Source: Antedon mediterranea (lineage: Eukaryota > Animalia > Echinodermata). From it: DNA of 64,000 nucleotides. The notes under the pieces were generated by a model. That model did not search any database. It had not been told where the DNA came from and saw nothing but the letters and a program-made list of their open reading frames with translations. Below are positions 14,020-26,587 of this stretch, piece by piece. Numbering within the stretch: the stretch's first letter is position 1; every line of letters starts with the position of its first letter. The position numbers and the translations under genes were made by a program. The stretch covers positions 7,998,001-8,062,000 of the forward strand of contig NC_092671.1 in NCBI RefSeq assembly GCF_964355755.1, given 5' to 3'.

Positions 14020-14595
14020 AACTTACAAAACAGATAGGACTGAGAAGAAAATAATTAAAAACTATAATATACGATGTACTGTACATAATAATTTGACGGT
14101 TGAACAAATTGAGGTAATCCGAGCGTTATACACGTTTCTGGTGTTGCCTTTACCTTTTATACGTTTGCTGGCTTGACGACACAAAGGTTCTGGGCCCGGG
14201 AGTAAAGAAGTAACCGATGGGACAGCACCATGTATCGTTGATACCGTGCACCGTATCGATACCATGCACTGGTATCGTTTATGTAGGCTAAGCCAGAGGA
14301 GGGTTCACATGGCGCTGTAATTCACGAACGAACAAAAACAGCAAAGTGTAGGCCTACAGAATATGAAACAGTATGCGTGTTACTTTCATGGGCGTTTTGC
14401 AATTAGGCCTACAATCTTTCGTTTTAAAGTTATAATTCTTTTGTTTTTTTATATTAATTTTCTCATATCAAAGACTTTTTTTTAATAAAAAAATAAGGTC
14501 TACAAGCGTCAGAAATGGTTAGGCCTATATGGTTTGAAAACTCAACACAATTATAGTGTGTGAAATCAATATAAACATTTGTGCTAAATAATGAT

Positions 14596-14625
14596 AATAA
14601 ACTTTGTTTTGTCTTGTTTAATTAT
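14596..14625 (+). terminator. Candidate Hox7 polyadenylation signal
   Basis: AATAAA at 14596-14601 followed by GU/U-rich ctttgttttgtcttgttt. An alternative AATAAA is at 14484. Confidence 0.35.
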
Positions 14626-16584
14626 TGATAATGATGTAGGCCAGTCTGTAGTGTAATAACACAAATACAATATCAATTGTATCAGTACAAACAGTGTTTT
14701 AGGCGCGCGTCAAAATTTGCGACGAAATAGGGCCTACCATAAATCTTTTCTAACTGAGTAAATATAAAAAAAAAAATAAGAACAACCAGTACTTATTTTT
14801 TTGCCGGTTTTTCTGGTCCATGTGTCATGTTCGTATCTGCATTAAACACGTTGATATAGCACAACAAGAAAATTAATATAGCAACATGACAGAAAATTCA
14901 TGCGTTCAAGCTAATCTAACAAAAATAATTCTATACCGTATTTCAATATTAAGATAGGCCTACGATATAATTTATTATCAAATTATAGAGATAGTGTTAT
15001 GTTTCTGTTCTGTTCTTATTCTGAAATTGACCCCTGACAATTTATACCCCTCCTTTTGTTCCAAGTATATTTTTTAGATTCTTTCAGAAAATATGTTCTA
15101 CATGGGCTGCTTAGGCTTAGGCCTATACAGTAGGAATATCTTATCAGAAATTGCAGTACTGATACCGATAAACGGAATTTATATTTTATTATCCGCTTGA
15201 TTAAAATCTATAATAATAAAATACAGAATCAAATATGGCATGATTAGCAATTATCATTTATACACAAGTATATAGTATTATCTAAAGGCAATGTTATATA
15301 AGTCTTCACATAGCGACATTTTATTTATTTAACGCGATGTATAACCAAGATGATACTATTAAAATAACCTTAAATATCCCTATACAACTTATTGTAAATC
15401 TGTAAATCTGTTTAGTAAAATGGTTTGTTCATTATGGGACCTAAAAAAAACCTGATTGCGTGTGCCATCTGTTGACAGATGGAATAGTAGGCCTTTTAAA
15501 AATTTTATTTAAAAACAGCCAACCATGAAAAGTCATTTTCAAAATTCTGACATTGAAGACTGGTTTTATATGAATGTAGTTTAAGTGTGCTTGTCTAACG
15601 TGAATTTCAGTATGATATCCTTTAACATAAAAAGGGCTTAAGGCTACAACCGTATATTTTACTCAAAAAAGCCCTGTCGTGTGTTTAATAAACACGTTAA
15701 TACCGAAAAGACGATATTGTATATCCATGGCTTAAAATTACATTTTATTTAATGTTCATATTAGAACCATTTCTGTTTTTTTTTTACTATCGATGAAGAT
15801 GATATTATTGATACATGAGGTTTTAAAAAAATCAAGGGATTTTACTTGACTTGCCTACTAAAAGGAATTTATGAATATGCTTACCTAGTAAAAATAAGTA
15901 CCGTAAGGGTCAAGAAAAAACTAATTTTGTAACAAAATATACGTTTAGGTCTATTACCGGTATTGTTGTTTTTAAGTGTACTGTACCTCTGCATTTTCAT
16001 GAAAAAAGAAAAAAGAATTATATATATATATAACATTATTTTTTGTCAGTCGCACTACGAAAGGAAGCAAACGTTGTCGCTTGTGTACAAAAGCTGATAA
16101 ACAGGTTTTGTACGCGTCTCTCTTTTTTTCTATCATTCCTTTACAGTATTCCATTTGCCCAGAAAACACTTTTGATAATTGTAATGTCAATTTCATAAAT
16201 ATTCTGTGTAATAACTGTATGTGATTTAGTCGTTTTATTTTATTTATATATGATTAATGTATGATATAACCTCGTCTTTTTGAGGACATTTTAAAAGCGG
16301 TGCTAATGCGATGTGAATTGAATTGTCTTTCGATTAAGAAAAAGAAAAGAAATAAATAAATTTAATTGACTTAATGAATTACTGAATATTTTGATATTTT
16401 TTGTTCAAAACGAGTTTTGCTTTTACGTACAGTGTATTCTAGATTGATGACGTCACATTAAATGTACCGGTAATTAAGAGTAAGAAATCAATGTCGACAA
16501 TTGTTGCTTGGTTTCCCTTTTTAAAACGCAACGCAAACGCGTGGCTAAACGCAACTGCGCCATTATGATTGGGTCAATGCGTTC

Positions 16585-16715
16585 TTTCATCTTTCTTTCT
16601 TTTTTTATTTCCATTCACAAAATCATAAATAGGCTATACATAAATAATCATAGTACAAAAAGAATGGAAAGGCGGAATCTCTAAAGCATAGCTTATTATA
16701 AGTTAAAATCCCCTG
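16585..16715 (-). mobile_element. Possible LINE 3'-end remnant
   Basis: Minus strand shows a GGGGATT..ATAAGC-tat-GCTT..AGATTCC stem-loop, then ...GAATGGAAATAAAAAAAGAAAGAAAG tail. Confidence 0.3.
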
Positions 16716-16849
16716 TTAAAAAAAATATATATTATATAAATAGAAATATGAAAAAAGGCACAAGGGCATAGGCCAAACATTTAACTTTTAATAAAATGCA
16801 AACAATCTTTTTTTTTACTTAAGAAAAGGATAAATGTACGTTCACACTG

Positions 16850-16992
16850 AGCTTTTTCTACAGTTTGTGACAAACTTTGATGTGTCCATATATGGACATG
16901 ATGATGTCATATCACTACCATTTTTGGGAATATATCATTAGGATATTTGTGCACATCATTTTTTAGTTTGATACGGTAGTTTTGACCGAGTT
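16850..16992 (+). mobile_element. MITE family A, degenerate full-length copy
   Basis: Core TGATGTGTCCATATATGGACATGATGATGTCATATCACTACCAT is shared with the other copies. TIRs are decayed, TTA follows at 16993-95, and a CGGTA insertion sits in the right TIR. Confidence 0.8.
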
Positions 16993-19900
16993 TTACGTTT
17001 TTGCCTACACACGTTGGTTTAAGTACGGTACCTCAATGTACCGCCTATATCTATATTATATTAACATTATTATATTTATGAATATCATTTGCATGCATAA
17101 CTTACCGGTTATCACTTGCTCTTTTCCACGATCACTTAATATAAGACATAGGCCTACTAAAACATTCATTTAAACATTCAATTATATTACGAACTGTGCA
17201 ATCAGTTAACTATATAAGTACAGTCATGAATTTTATATACTTAAACATATAAAGATTGTCACTTAGTCTTTTTCCTCCTTTGACTGTGCAACAGTTCAAC
17301 TTGCCGTTCACATCGTACCTCATAAACTATTATGAATAAATACATAAAGTAAATCCTCAAACGTGTAATTCTATGATTATAAACATGGAACTAAATGCTT
17401 GCAGACAGAATATATTAGTTATTATTCATTTTATTAACAGCAAACACAGTCTGAAGAATAAAAAAACTTTTGTTTTTGGACACTGCTTTTATTTCATTTT
17501 ATTTCTAAAACAAAGCGGAAATAAAAATCAAATTAAATGATTAACGATTCAATTACTCTTGCGAATCGATACCAAATCCATACAGGCTAAAATAATGAAT
17601 TAAAAAAATATAAGAGGCCTATATTATTAATTTTATAATAGGTCCAGGTATCAACTTGAATTTGTCAGTACTGTAAGTGATTTTGATATATAAACATTCA
17701 TACTATTGTCAACAAAAGCAGAAACAGGGAAATTTGGTGAATGAAATCAACTATAGGCTTATATATTAAAAATGTGTTTTTATTGTTGAATAAAATCACT
17801 AAAAAGCCTGTCGTTTTAGTGGTCTTTCATTAGAGGTAGAACATAATATAACTACATGCTGTATGCTCTGTCAATTAAAACAAATAGTTTGTCATGGAGA
17901 GAATGGTTAAACAAATCTATAATTATTAAACTTTTTGGAAAGCAAAGCGGGTATAGCACTAATTGTACTCTTTTTTTTTTTCTAATCTCATCAGCGGCAA
18001 CAATAGAAATCTCAGTACACAGCCGTTGTCTGTCTATCCACAGTATACTAACAATCCATTGTAGGCCAATCTGTATCCTAAGTTGAGACACTTCCTTTGT
18101 GTCAGTATTTAACTTAAATGTGTAAAGCATTTATCTTGGACAAAGCATTTAAATTGAACAAATGAAAATGAAAAGGTGACGTTTAGTCAGCCACGGTTTT
18201 ATATTATTTGTAGGCCTCTCCAAAAATGAAACATATGCTGTTGGATGTTATTTGTCGAGTGATGATAGTCGAATTTTGAATTTATACTGTAGCAACATAG
18301 TACGGTACACACTGACCGTTGGTTAAAAACATATTATATATTAATAATATATAATAAGCCCTATTTATTCTTCTACTATGGGCGGCCACTAGGGTAAAAC
18401 TAGGCAAAGTGATAAAAGCAGAACAAAGTATTAAAAACGACTTGAAACGCGTTTCGAAACTGCTTAAATCTACAATTGTTTTCTTCATAAATAAGATAAG
18501 CCAATTAAGCTGTACAAAGTCCGGTCACGGTTTCTTCGTTCATTGATTGTTCGAATTCCTATAAATGAATTAATAGTCATTGAGGTAACTAAATTCTTAC
18601 ATATTAATTATGTTTGTTAGCGATGTTCTACTAAAGTAAGGTCGAGAGTCAGCGTAATGATGTATCGATGGGAGAAGAAGCCGAGGTTTAAATTCCCATT
18701 TCAACTATTAGTCGTATTTCCTGGAGAGATTAATCAATTTGCCGACTTGCCGATTCTCCTTCGTGTTTTTATTACTTATTTAATAATATAGAAAATAATG
18801 CACGCAAACATCGAAAAAATACCATAAGCATCATTTGCTTATGGTATTGCTAAAGTATTGCTGTTAAAATGTAAATTTCCTATTACTTTACTAAATTATT
18901 AAATTAGTGAAATCAATTATTCCCTGTTCACTCTTATATAAAATCTAAATTATAAAATTAAAATAAATATTATAAGCTTATGTACATTTTCGTTCCCTTT
19001 TCTAAATTTCAGTTGTATAAGTTACAAGTTATTTAGTTATTCTGTTATTTATGAAATTATGAATTGAATTGCTATGGCCACTTCCTATAGTTTTAATTGA
19101 TCTGTTTAGTTGACTTTTCCATAAATACAATATTATTTAAAATCCATATTATTTTTATAATTAAATAATAAGGACTATTGATGGGAGTACCGCAACATAA
19201 TCAAATTAGTTAACATAAACTAAATATCTGAATTTTGTGAACAGAATATTAAGAAAATTAGGCTTTTATTATTTTTTATAAATTAAAACAGAACGAAAAG
19301 GTTACCACTTTATTCGAAAAGAATTTTATAAACTGTACGGTAAATAAGTGAAGTTCGTTAAAACAAAAAATAGATGATAATGCTATATTTACGAGTTATT
19401 TATTCTCGTTCGGCTAAAAGTATTCTTATTTCATCTTTCGGTAATCTGCCGAATAAACAAACATCGTGTTTATTAACCAACGCCATTAACGAAATCATGT
19501 GCCTTTTAGTTGCAGCGAAAATCGGTAAAGAATTAAGCTTACAGCACAGAAAAAGCGAGTTTTACTGCATCGTATCATGAACCTACGGATTGCATGCTTA
19601 AGTAACACAATGACTTTGATATTTAAATGTCACGAAAGAGGAACGCTATCGATGGTTTTTGCAATATTTCGTCTTCTGGCCCCGAATAAGGAGTATATAC
19701 AAATTAAAAAATAATTATAATTATTAGTATACCATGAATTACTGAATTTTGATTGAATATTGTTATAAATATTGTAATTTTATTAATATAGGCCTATACT
19801 AGTTTAATGTATTATTATTTTAAAACAATATTTTAAAGCAATATTGTTGATTTAAAATCCATAAATATCGATGGTGATGATGATGCGCTCATCAGTTTAT

Positions 19901-22900
19901 TACGAACGACGTCATGTTAATTCATTGTGCGCATTCGGAGATATTGGGACGTGTTTTCTCAGTTTTGATGGTTTGCAAATTGAAAACTCCCTATTATAAG
20001 CTATACCGTGAATATTATGAACCTGTAGCAGATAAACATAAATAGGCACAGGTACACATTGGGATAAACATTTGTAAGAAAGAGAGGCGAAAATGACCTC
20101 AAATATGATAACGATATTTCGTCAGGAAATTACAAAGAGATGACGTACGTATGCATGCACCATTTTCAATCAGACTGGAGGTGCGCATTATTTCCGCGCT
20201 GTAAAAGGGTAACTAGATTTCCCGGTAACTCAATATACTCTATATTATTTATATCTGCTTATTTGACATTTACTTCTCTATACCTGTTAAAGTCAATAAA
20301 GAAGTTTAAATATTCAAAAATATAAATAAACCTTAGGCCTATGTGTGACTTTACTGAAAATAAAATTAACCACGGAAAGAAACAGCAAATCAAAGTTCTG
20401 TAAAACACAACATTATAAATTACCTATCCATTATACTACTAGAATTTCAAACAAATCAAAAATATGTACCGAGCATTGGCCTTTAATTTAGGTAATATAA
20501 TTCAACGTAAGCATACCCCTTACGAAAATAGATTGGCCCATTTTGAATCAGACATTGGATGGTATGGTTATGCAATCTTTCTCTGTTATTACATTTATCT
20601 TTTGTTTACATAGAAAACAATTTATGAGACTGAAGAAAGGTTAAAAATCCATCCCACCGCTTCATTTTATAAAACTCATTATGGATCCATTTTATGTAAA
20701 ACTTTTGTAACGTCATCATTTGACTTTAAGATATCTATGTTGTTTTAGGTTGTAATGTTCATACAGCATATTTTGCATCTTTTCTCGATTTTACTCCCAA
20801 ATGTTAATTTATATTTATCTATATAAACAATCTCTTTTATATATAGTTATTTGCTACAAATGTCGGAAAATATCCCCAATAACGGAAATCACCTACGATA
20901 AGTGCATGGTCAACGTGAAGAATTAAAATACTGTTTTATATTAATTTTATTTTCATATCGGTTTGTGCCGTTATGTTCCGCAGATTATCTAATCATTGGA
21001 ATCGTACTATACTAACAGCAGCATGTTGTTATGTATTAAGATGTAGGGTGCAAACACGTAGTACCATGGTGGTTTACTAAGACAGATAATTTCTGAACGA
21101 GAAACCATTGGCATATTATTAAGGTATATTAAAACAATTTTCAATACATTCAAAACAACAAAGACATACGTTTGTCCATTAGCATTGAACCTCCTCCTCT
21201 TCCGGTCTTGTGTCCTTCGGTTCGACCATTATTTTTCAGACAGCAAGGAAAGGCGTTCTTCAATAGCGTGCTTCGCTATTTTTAGAACAATTTCATTTGC
21301 ATACTAAGTGTGTTTACTGAATTCCCGAATACTTTAAAATAGTATACGTTGTAAACATGCATACGTACGTCACAAAACAGACTTCTGATTACGCAAACAA
21401 GATCAAACCATAAGACAACGGTTTTATATTTAAACTTTATTTTTTGACAATGCTTTATCATAGATTGAGATATTAGTGAATTATCATCTCAATATTGTGT
21501 TTTTTACTGTATTATTATGTTATTGGCAAAACACCTATAGAAACATACAAATAATAACTTAACATTAAATATATATATGTCATCTTCATTAAAAGAAGAT
21601 GACATTATCTATCCTTAAATATGTATGTTTGGTTTCGATGGAATGTCATCATCATGATACACTGATGGCCTATACTAAATATGTTATTGAAATACAATTC
21701 GCCGAATTATCTATCAAAATCATTAAAAAAATGAACATCAACAAGTTATTTCATCAAAATAGCATGCACTCCTCCTTTGTATTACAATAATAATACGTAT
21801 TATGTTTCGTGTCATAAAATTGTCAGCAACAATTACGTCACACACCATTATTAAAAAACTATTAAGTACTCTTCAGGTGAAACAATGACGGTTGGCAAAC
21901 ATTGTAAGCACGCGACAGCACGTTTCATTTCTCCAGCTGGTGGTGCTGTTTGTGATAGCATTCTAACCCGGGTGTGTACCTTGTTGGCGATTAAATCTTT
22001 TTTCCTCTTTAAGTGTGTGTATCCAGTTACATAACGTTATCTGGTTGTCCACGCGCACCAAATCAGAGGTATTTAAGGATACATAAAACGTTGTCCTTTT
22101 GTTCCTTATTGTATTTGTGGCGACCAGTTGATGTCATTAAAACATTATACTTTGTGTTTCTAGATGATGAGAGGACAATTGCCATTCTTCCGTTATTAGG
22201 CTATACCTGTCCTGTTAGAAATTGTATTCATTATAATTGTTATCCTGTATCCAGGAAAAAATGAGCTCAAATATTGGCAATCCGCGTTTATCTGCGAAAC
22301 CATCCAATATTGCATTTATCTTTGTCGTATAAAGTGTGTGAAACAAGCCGTTTTTTATACTGTAGTGTTACAAAGAATCATTTAAACTATTTTAACATAA
22401 CTGTAGGCCTATACATTTTTATTGCGAGTCACACAAAATATACGGTACCACCGCCATGTTGTTATCCGTTGTCACGTCATCAGGCCTCATTTTAACATTC
22501 TTATTTTTACAGGTTAGTAGGCTTCCCTGAAACAAAAAAATTAAAATCCATAAAGTAAAATTTTTAAAGCTAATTATAATACATGCAATCTTCAAATAAA
22601 TTCTCGCGCGTGCGTTAGATGTGTGTCTCATATCTGATGATAAAAACAACAATCTATTTACTTTGTAGTAATTTAACAACCAGTCAAGTTACAAAAAAAC
22701 CCTATGTCTCTTAACATTTTGCGCGCGAGTTATTTCTTTCGTAGTAATATTATTGCAATTGTAGCTCAAAAGAATGTTACTGCATTCAAATTATGACCCA
22801 TTTATGTAGTTCGTAAAACGAAATTGGAATTAAAAAGTAAGACGATATGACAATTTAGTATGTAAATACATATAACAGTTATATTTATGCTTGTCCAGCG

Positions 22901-23284
22901 TTCGTTTATGGTTGATATTCGTTGCATTGATTTATATATCGTTGTATTTAGATTATAATTTCCAGTTTTACAATAAGTACATTTTGATAGCAGTTTATCT
23001 ACGTTATCACACTACATTCATTACATTTCCTCTCTTTAATGTAATTGATTTACGTTTAGGAACAGGAATCTCGTAAAATAAGACAAATTGTATTGCGCAT
23101 GTCCAGTAACAATATTGAGCGCGCGATATGTAATCACATTGAAATATTCATCTAGCCTATATTAGGACATTACAGAACTACGGTACCATAAATCATTTTT
23201 ATAATTCATCTTTTTACACTATTTTTAATTTGTTTAATACAAATGAATCGAATTGAAAAATTACATGTAGGCCTAATGTATATA

Positions 23285-23647
23285 CAGTATATAACATGAT
23301 ATTGTTGCGATTATGTTAATAAATCATATTTATTTATATCAAGCCCTCACATAATAATAAAAAGAAAACAGATATATATGTGGAAAAGGGCAAGGGACCA
23401 TCATTTACTTGGTAAAATACAAGTTATTGAAATTATGAAAATATTTGAAATTACACGTAATGTGTTACAAAAGGTACCAGTATAACATGATATTGTTGCG
23501 ATTATGTTGCCCTTGTTTCCTATTCGTTGCCGGTTGTCCTCTACATGTTTTGTTTCACTCATTTATTTATATCAGGCCCTCACATGATAATAAATTTTAA
23601 AAAGAAACAGATATATATATGTGGAAAAGGGCAAGGGACCACCATCG
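23285..23647. repeat. Local direct duplication (23285-23404 vs 23478-23647)
   Basis: Shared blocks TATAACATGATATTGTTGCGATTATGTT, ATTTATTTATATCA(A/G)GCCCTCACAT and AACAGATATATATGTGGAAAAGGGCAAGGGACCA. Confidence 0.9.
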
Positions 23648-23729
23648 TTAAGGTGCTAAATCTTCTCACGGCCTGGAAATCGCCAGAGTTAGCAAGTTGT
23701 GGCCTTGCAAAATGCAGCGTTTTCTGTAA

Positions 23730-23812
23730 ATGGAATTAATCTTTTAGGGTTTGTAAACGTACATGAAAGATTTGTAGCCAGATAAATCACATTTCGCCTG
23801 GCTAAAACAAAC
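23730..23812. repeat. ~80-bp dispersed direct repeat, copy 1 (copy 2 at 26511-26587)
   Basis: ATGGAATTAATCTTTTAGGGTTTGTAAACG..AAAGATTTGTAGCCA..AAATCACATTT..GCTAAAACAAA occurs at both sites. Confidence 0.85.
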
Positions 23813-24168
23813 ATGAGAAGACTAGCTACGGGGGTAGCGTTTCAAGTAACGACATTTTGATAAATTATGTATACCTTATATTTTGTTTTTGTTTCGGTGA
23901 AATTAATTGATTAAAACCGCGAGGATACAATAATAGATCAGTGTAAAACATGTATTTGTCCTAAACAACATACCTACTTTTTTTTCTATCTGAACAACAG
24001 AGCAGTCAAATCGGCAAGGCCGTTAACAAACGTTTTGGTGACAACAATTTATTGTAACACCTTTTCAAACTAAATAATATATTGAAACAATCTACTCTAC
24101 TCTCGGGCCAAACAATAGTATACACATTTTATTGCATATGTTTTAATATTCTAATATTATTTGCAATT

Positions 24169-24288
24169 TGATGTGCCCATATATGGACATGATGATGTCA
24201 TATCACTACCATATGTGGGCATATCACTACCATATGTGGGCAAATCATTACCATATTTGGGCACTAGTTTGATATTGTAGACAGACCT
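24169..24288 (+). mobile_element. MITE family A, 5'-truncated copy
   Basis: Core plus three copies of the 21-bp internal repeat and the right TIR ACTAGTTTGATATTGTAGACAGACCT. Confidence 0.85.
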
Positions 24289-26510
24289 TCACAGTTTATT
24301 TTGTTATTTTCTTATTATTTAAATGATACGGTGCGGTGATGATTTATACGGTTGTGTTTATAGGTGAGGTTTAATGTTTAACAATTAGCTTACTGTACAA
24401 AAAAGGATATAAGTAAGACTTATAACCAATTACATCAACCTAGTTATTTACATTTATTGATTTAACGTATAAAATAGGGAAATAGCATTAATTATTTAAC
24501 ACTTGGTGAGGATGAGGGCGCTGTTAATAAAGAAACATTTCTTGGATAACATTAATAGCTCAAACACAAATCAAATTAAATAAATGTTCCATATTAATAT
24601 TTAGAATAAATGTTAAAACATGGCAATATACATTTACATTATGTACGTCGTAGAAACGCTGAATGTGATCTTAATATACATTTTACGATTCACTATTGAA
24701 TTGAAGAAGGATTTGCCGTTTACGACAAAATTACATGTCATCTTATTAAAGCGCTATCTTTCAAAACCTAAGGGACACGTCGTTTACGGTGTAGAAAGTA
24801 GCAGTCATCGTGCATCTGCTGCCGGGTTGCAACAAAACTGTAGCCCTACTGATTGAGATCACTAGCCTAACGTCGATAGTTCTTTTCGAAAGTCAAAGTA
24901 TTAAATCTAAAAGATGGAGTTATGGTTATGCAAACCATATGCATTAAAAACGCATTTTACTGTAACTGTTCCTAGGGAATTTTACGTTTACTGCAATATG
25001 CGTCCTGACAATTGTAATTCATAAATTTTAAAATACGACTATGTTAATGCATTCGGAATTTAACGAGTTTCAATCATTTTGTAAGAGTTTAACGATATCT
25101 TCTTTTAAGTACACTAAATATAGCGGAAAAGATCGTAACTTAGACTATCTATTTATATTTACTGTTTTAAACTGCCGTTTTATAAAATAAAATAGTGATC
25201 GTTTTGTTCAATTGTTCATGACCTATATACGACTCAAGCATAGGACATTCAAAATAGAAAAAATATTATTAAAAAAAATATATAGTCTTATATAGGCCTA
25301 GTAGGCTATATTATACGGTACTCCAAACACAAGCCGAAGCACTTTTGGAATATTAATACATAATGCATTCCACGAACGCACGCCCAACTCATAATAGCCT
25401 TTCACTTAGTAAAGTATCGAAAACTAAGAGAAATATGTATATCGATTACAGGGATAGAAGCTCGTGATGCTAATTAATTAATATTAAGAACGTGTCACAA
25501 TACGTTTATGATATACATACATATTCCTTTGACTTATTTGTATAGTGAATAGAGACCTATATTTTTTTTAATTAAATTCATGCATGGTATTAATTGAGAA
25601 ATTAATAATAAGCAGTTACAATGAATGAAACAATTGAATTGATATGGTATCTTTATATTTCAATATCTGTAATACCTTTATCCTGTAAAACCTCTCTGAA
25701 ACTATATCCTTAACATAATACCAACAATGAAATGAAATTTAATATTGACAATTTATATAAATACAGAGGCTAACACAAAGAAACATAAAATAGAGCAGCG
25801 CAGAGTATTTTACGTATTTGTACTCATGTCTTATACTTCATTAACTATTAAGTAACCAATAGTAGTTATCAGTAATGGCTAGAAATGTTCGAATAATAAC
25901 GCAGAAGATTTTTCAAATATTTGTTTTATTTCATTCAAGGTGTTTGCTTCAAAATAAAGATAGCTACCGTAAAAATATTAGTAACAATTTAAATAAACAA
26001 TACTTTTATCGTATTTTGTACATATATTTGATTTCGTAGTATAAATCACCATTGAAAGACGTTTAAATGTTTCTAAAAGTCAGAGAAGAGCTTAAGTTTC
26101 ATGTAATGACTCATTGGGGAATCGAACCAACTACCACGCGTGTACATCTTCTAATGTAGATACTAATGACAAAACACCGCCCTCTCTACAAAATAATCTT
26201 CCATTCAACATTTATCATGAAGAAAGTATTGTGTTTTCTAAAATATAAAAGTATAATAAATAGGCCTATTTAATGTTGGTCAATCTTGTGTAGATCATGA
26301 TACAATGTTATAATACATCAACATACCAGTTTATATAATAATGTACGCCTCAGTCTGCATCTATACATTTTTAAAGAGAGAACTGCTGTACCATTTGTTC
26401 GGTATCAAACAATATAACTCCCCACTTTTTCACATTGCGTTTATACGTTTGTTCGTTATACAAAATGATTGTACTGGAAAGGTTTTAAACTACATTTGAT
26501 GTGGGTTGGA

Positions 26511-26587
26511 ATGGAATTAATCTTTTTAGGGTTTGTAAACGAAAGATTTGTAGCCACACAAATCACATTTACCTCGCTAAAACAAAT
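26511..26587. repeat. ~80-bp dispersed direct repeat, copy 2
   Basis: Matches 23730-23812 except for a 6-nt indel and a few substitutions. Confidence 0.85.

Noticed and set aside
26110-26150. Isolated B-box-like words (GGAATCGAACC here; also near 6210, 57758, 62718)
   Set aside because: No cloverleaf or properly spaced A box, so these are not tRNA genes; at most SINE dust.
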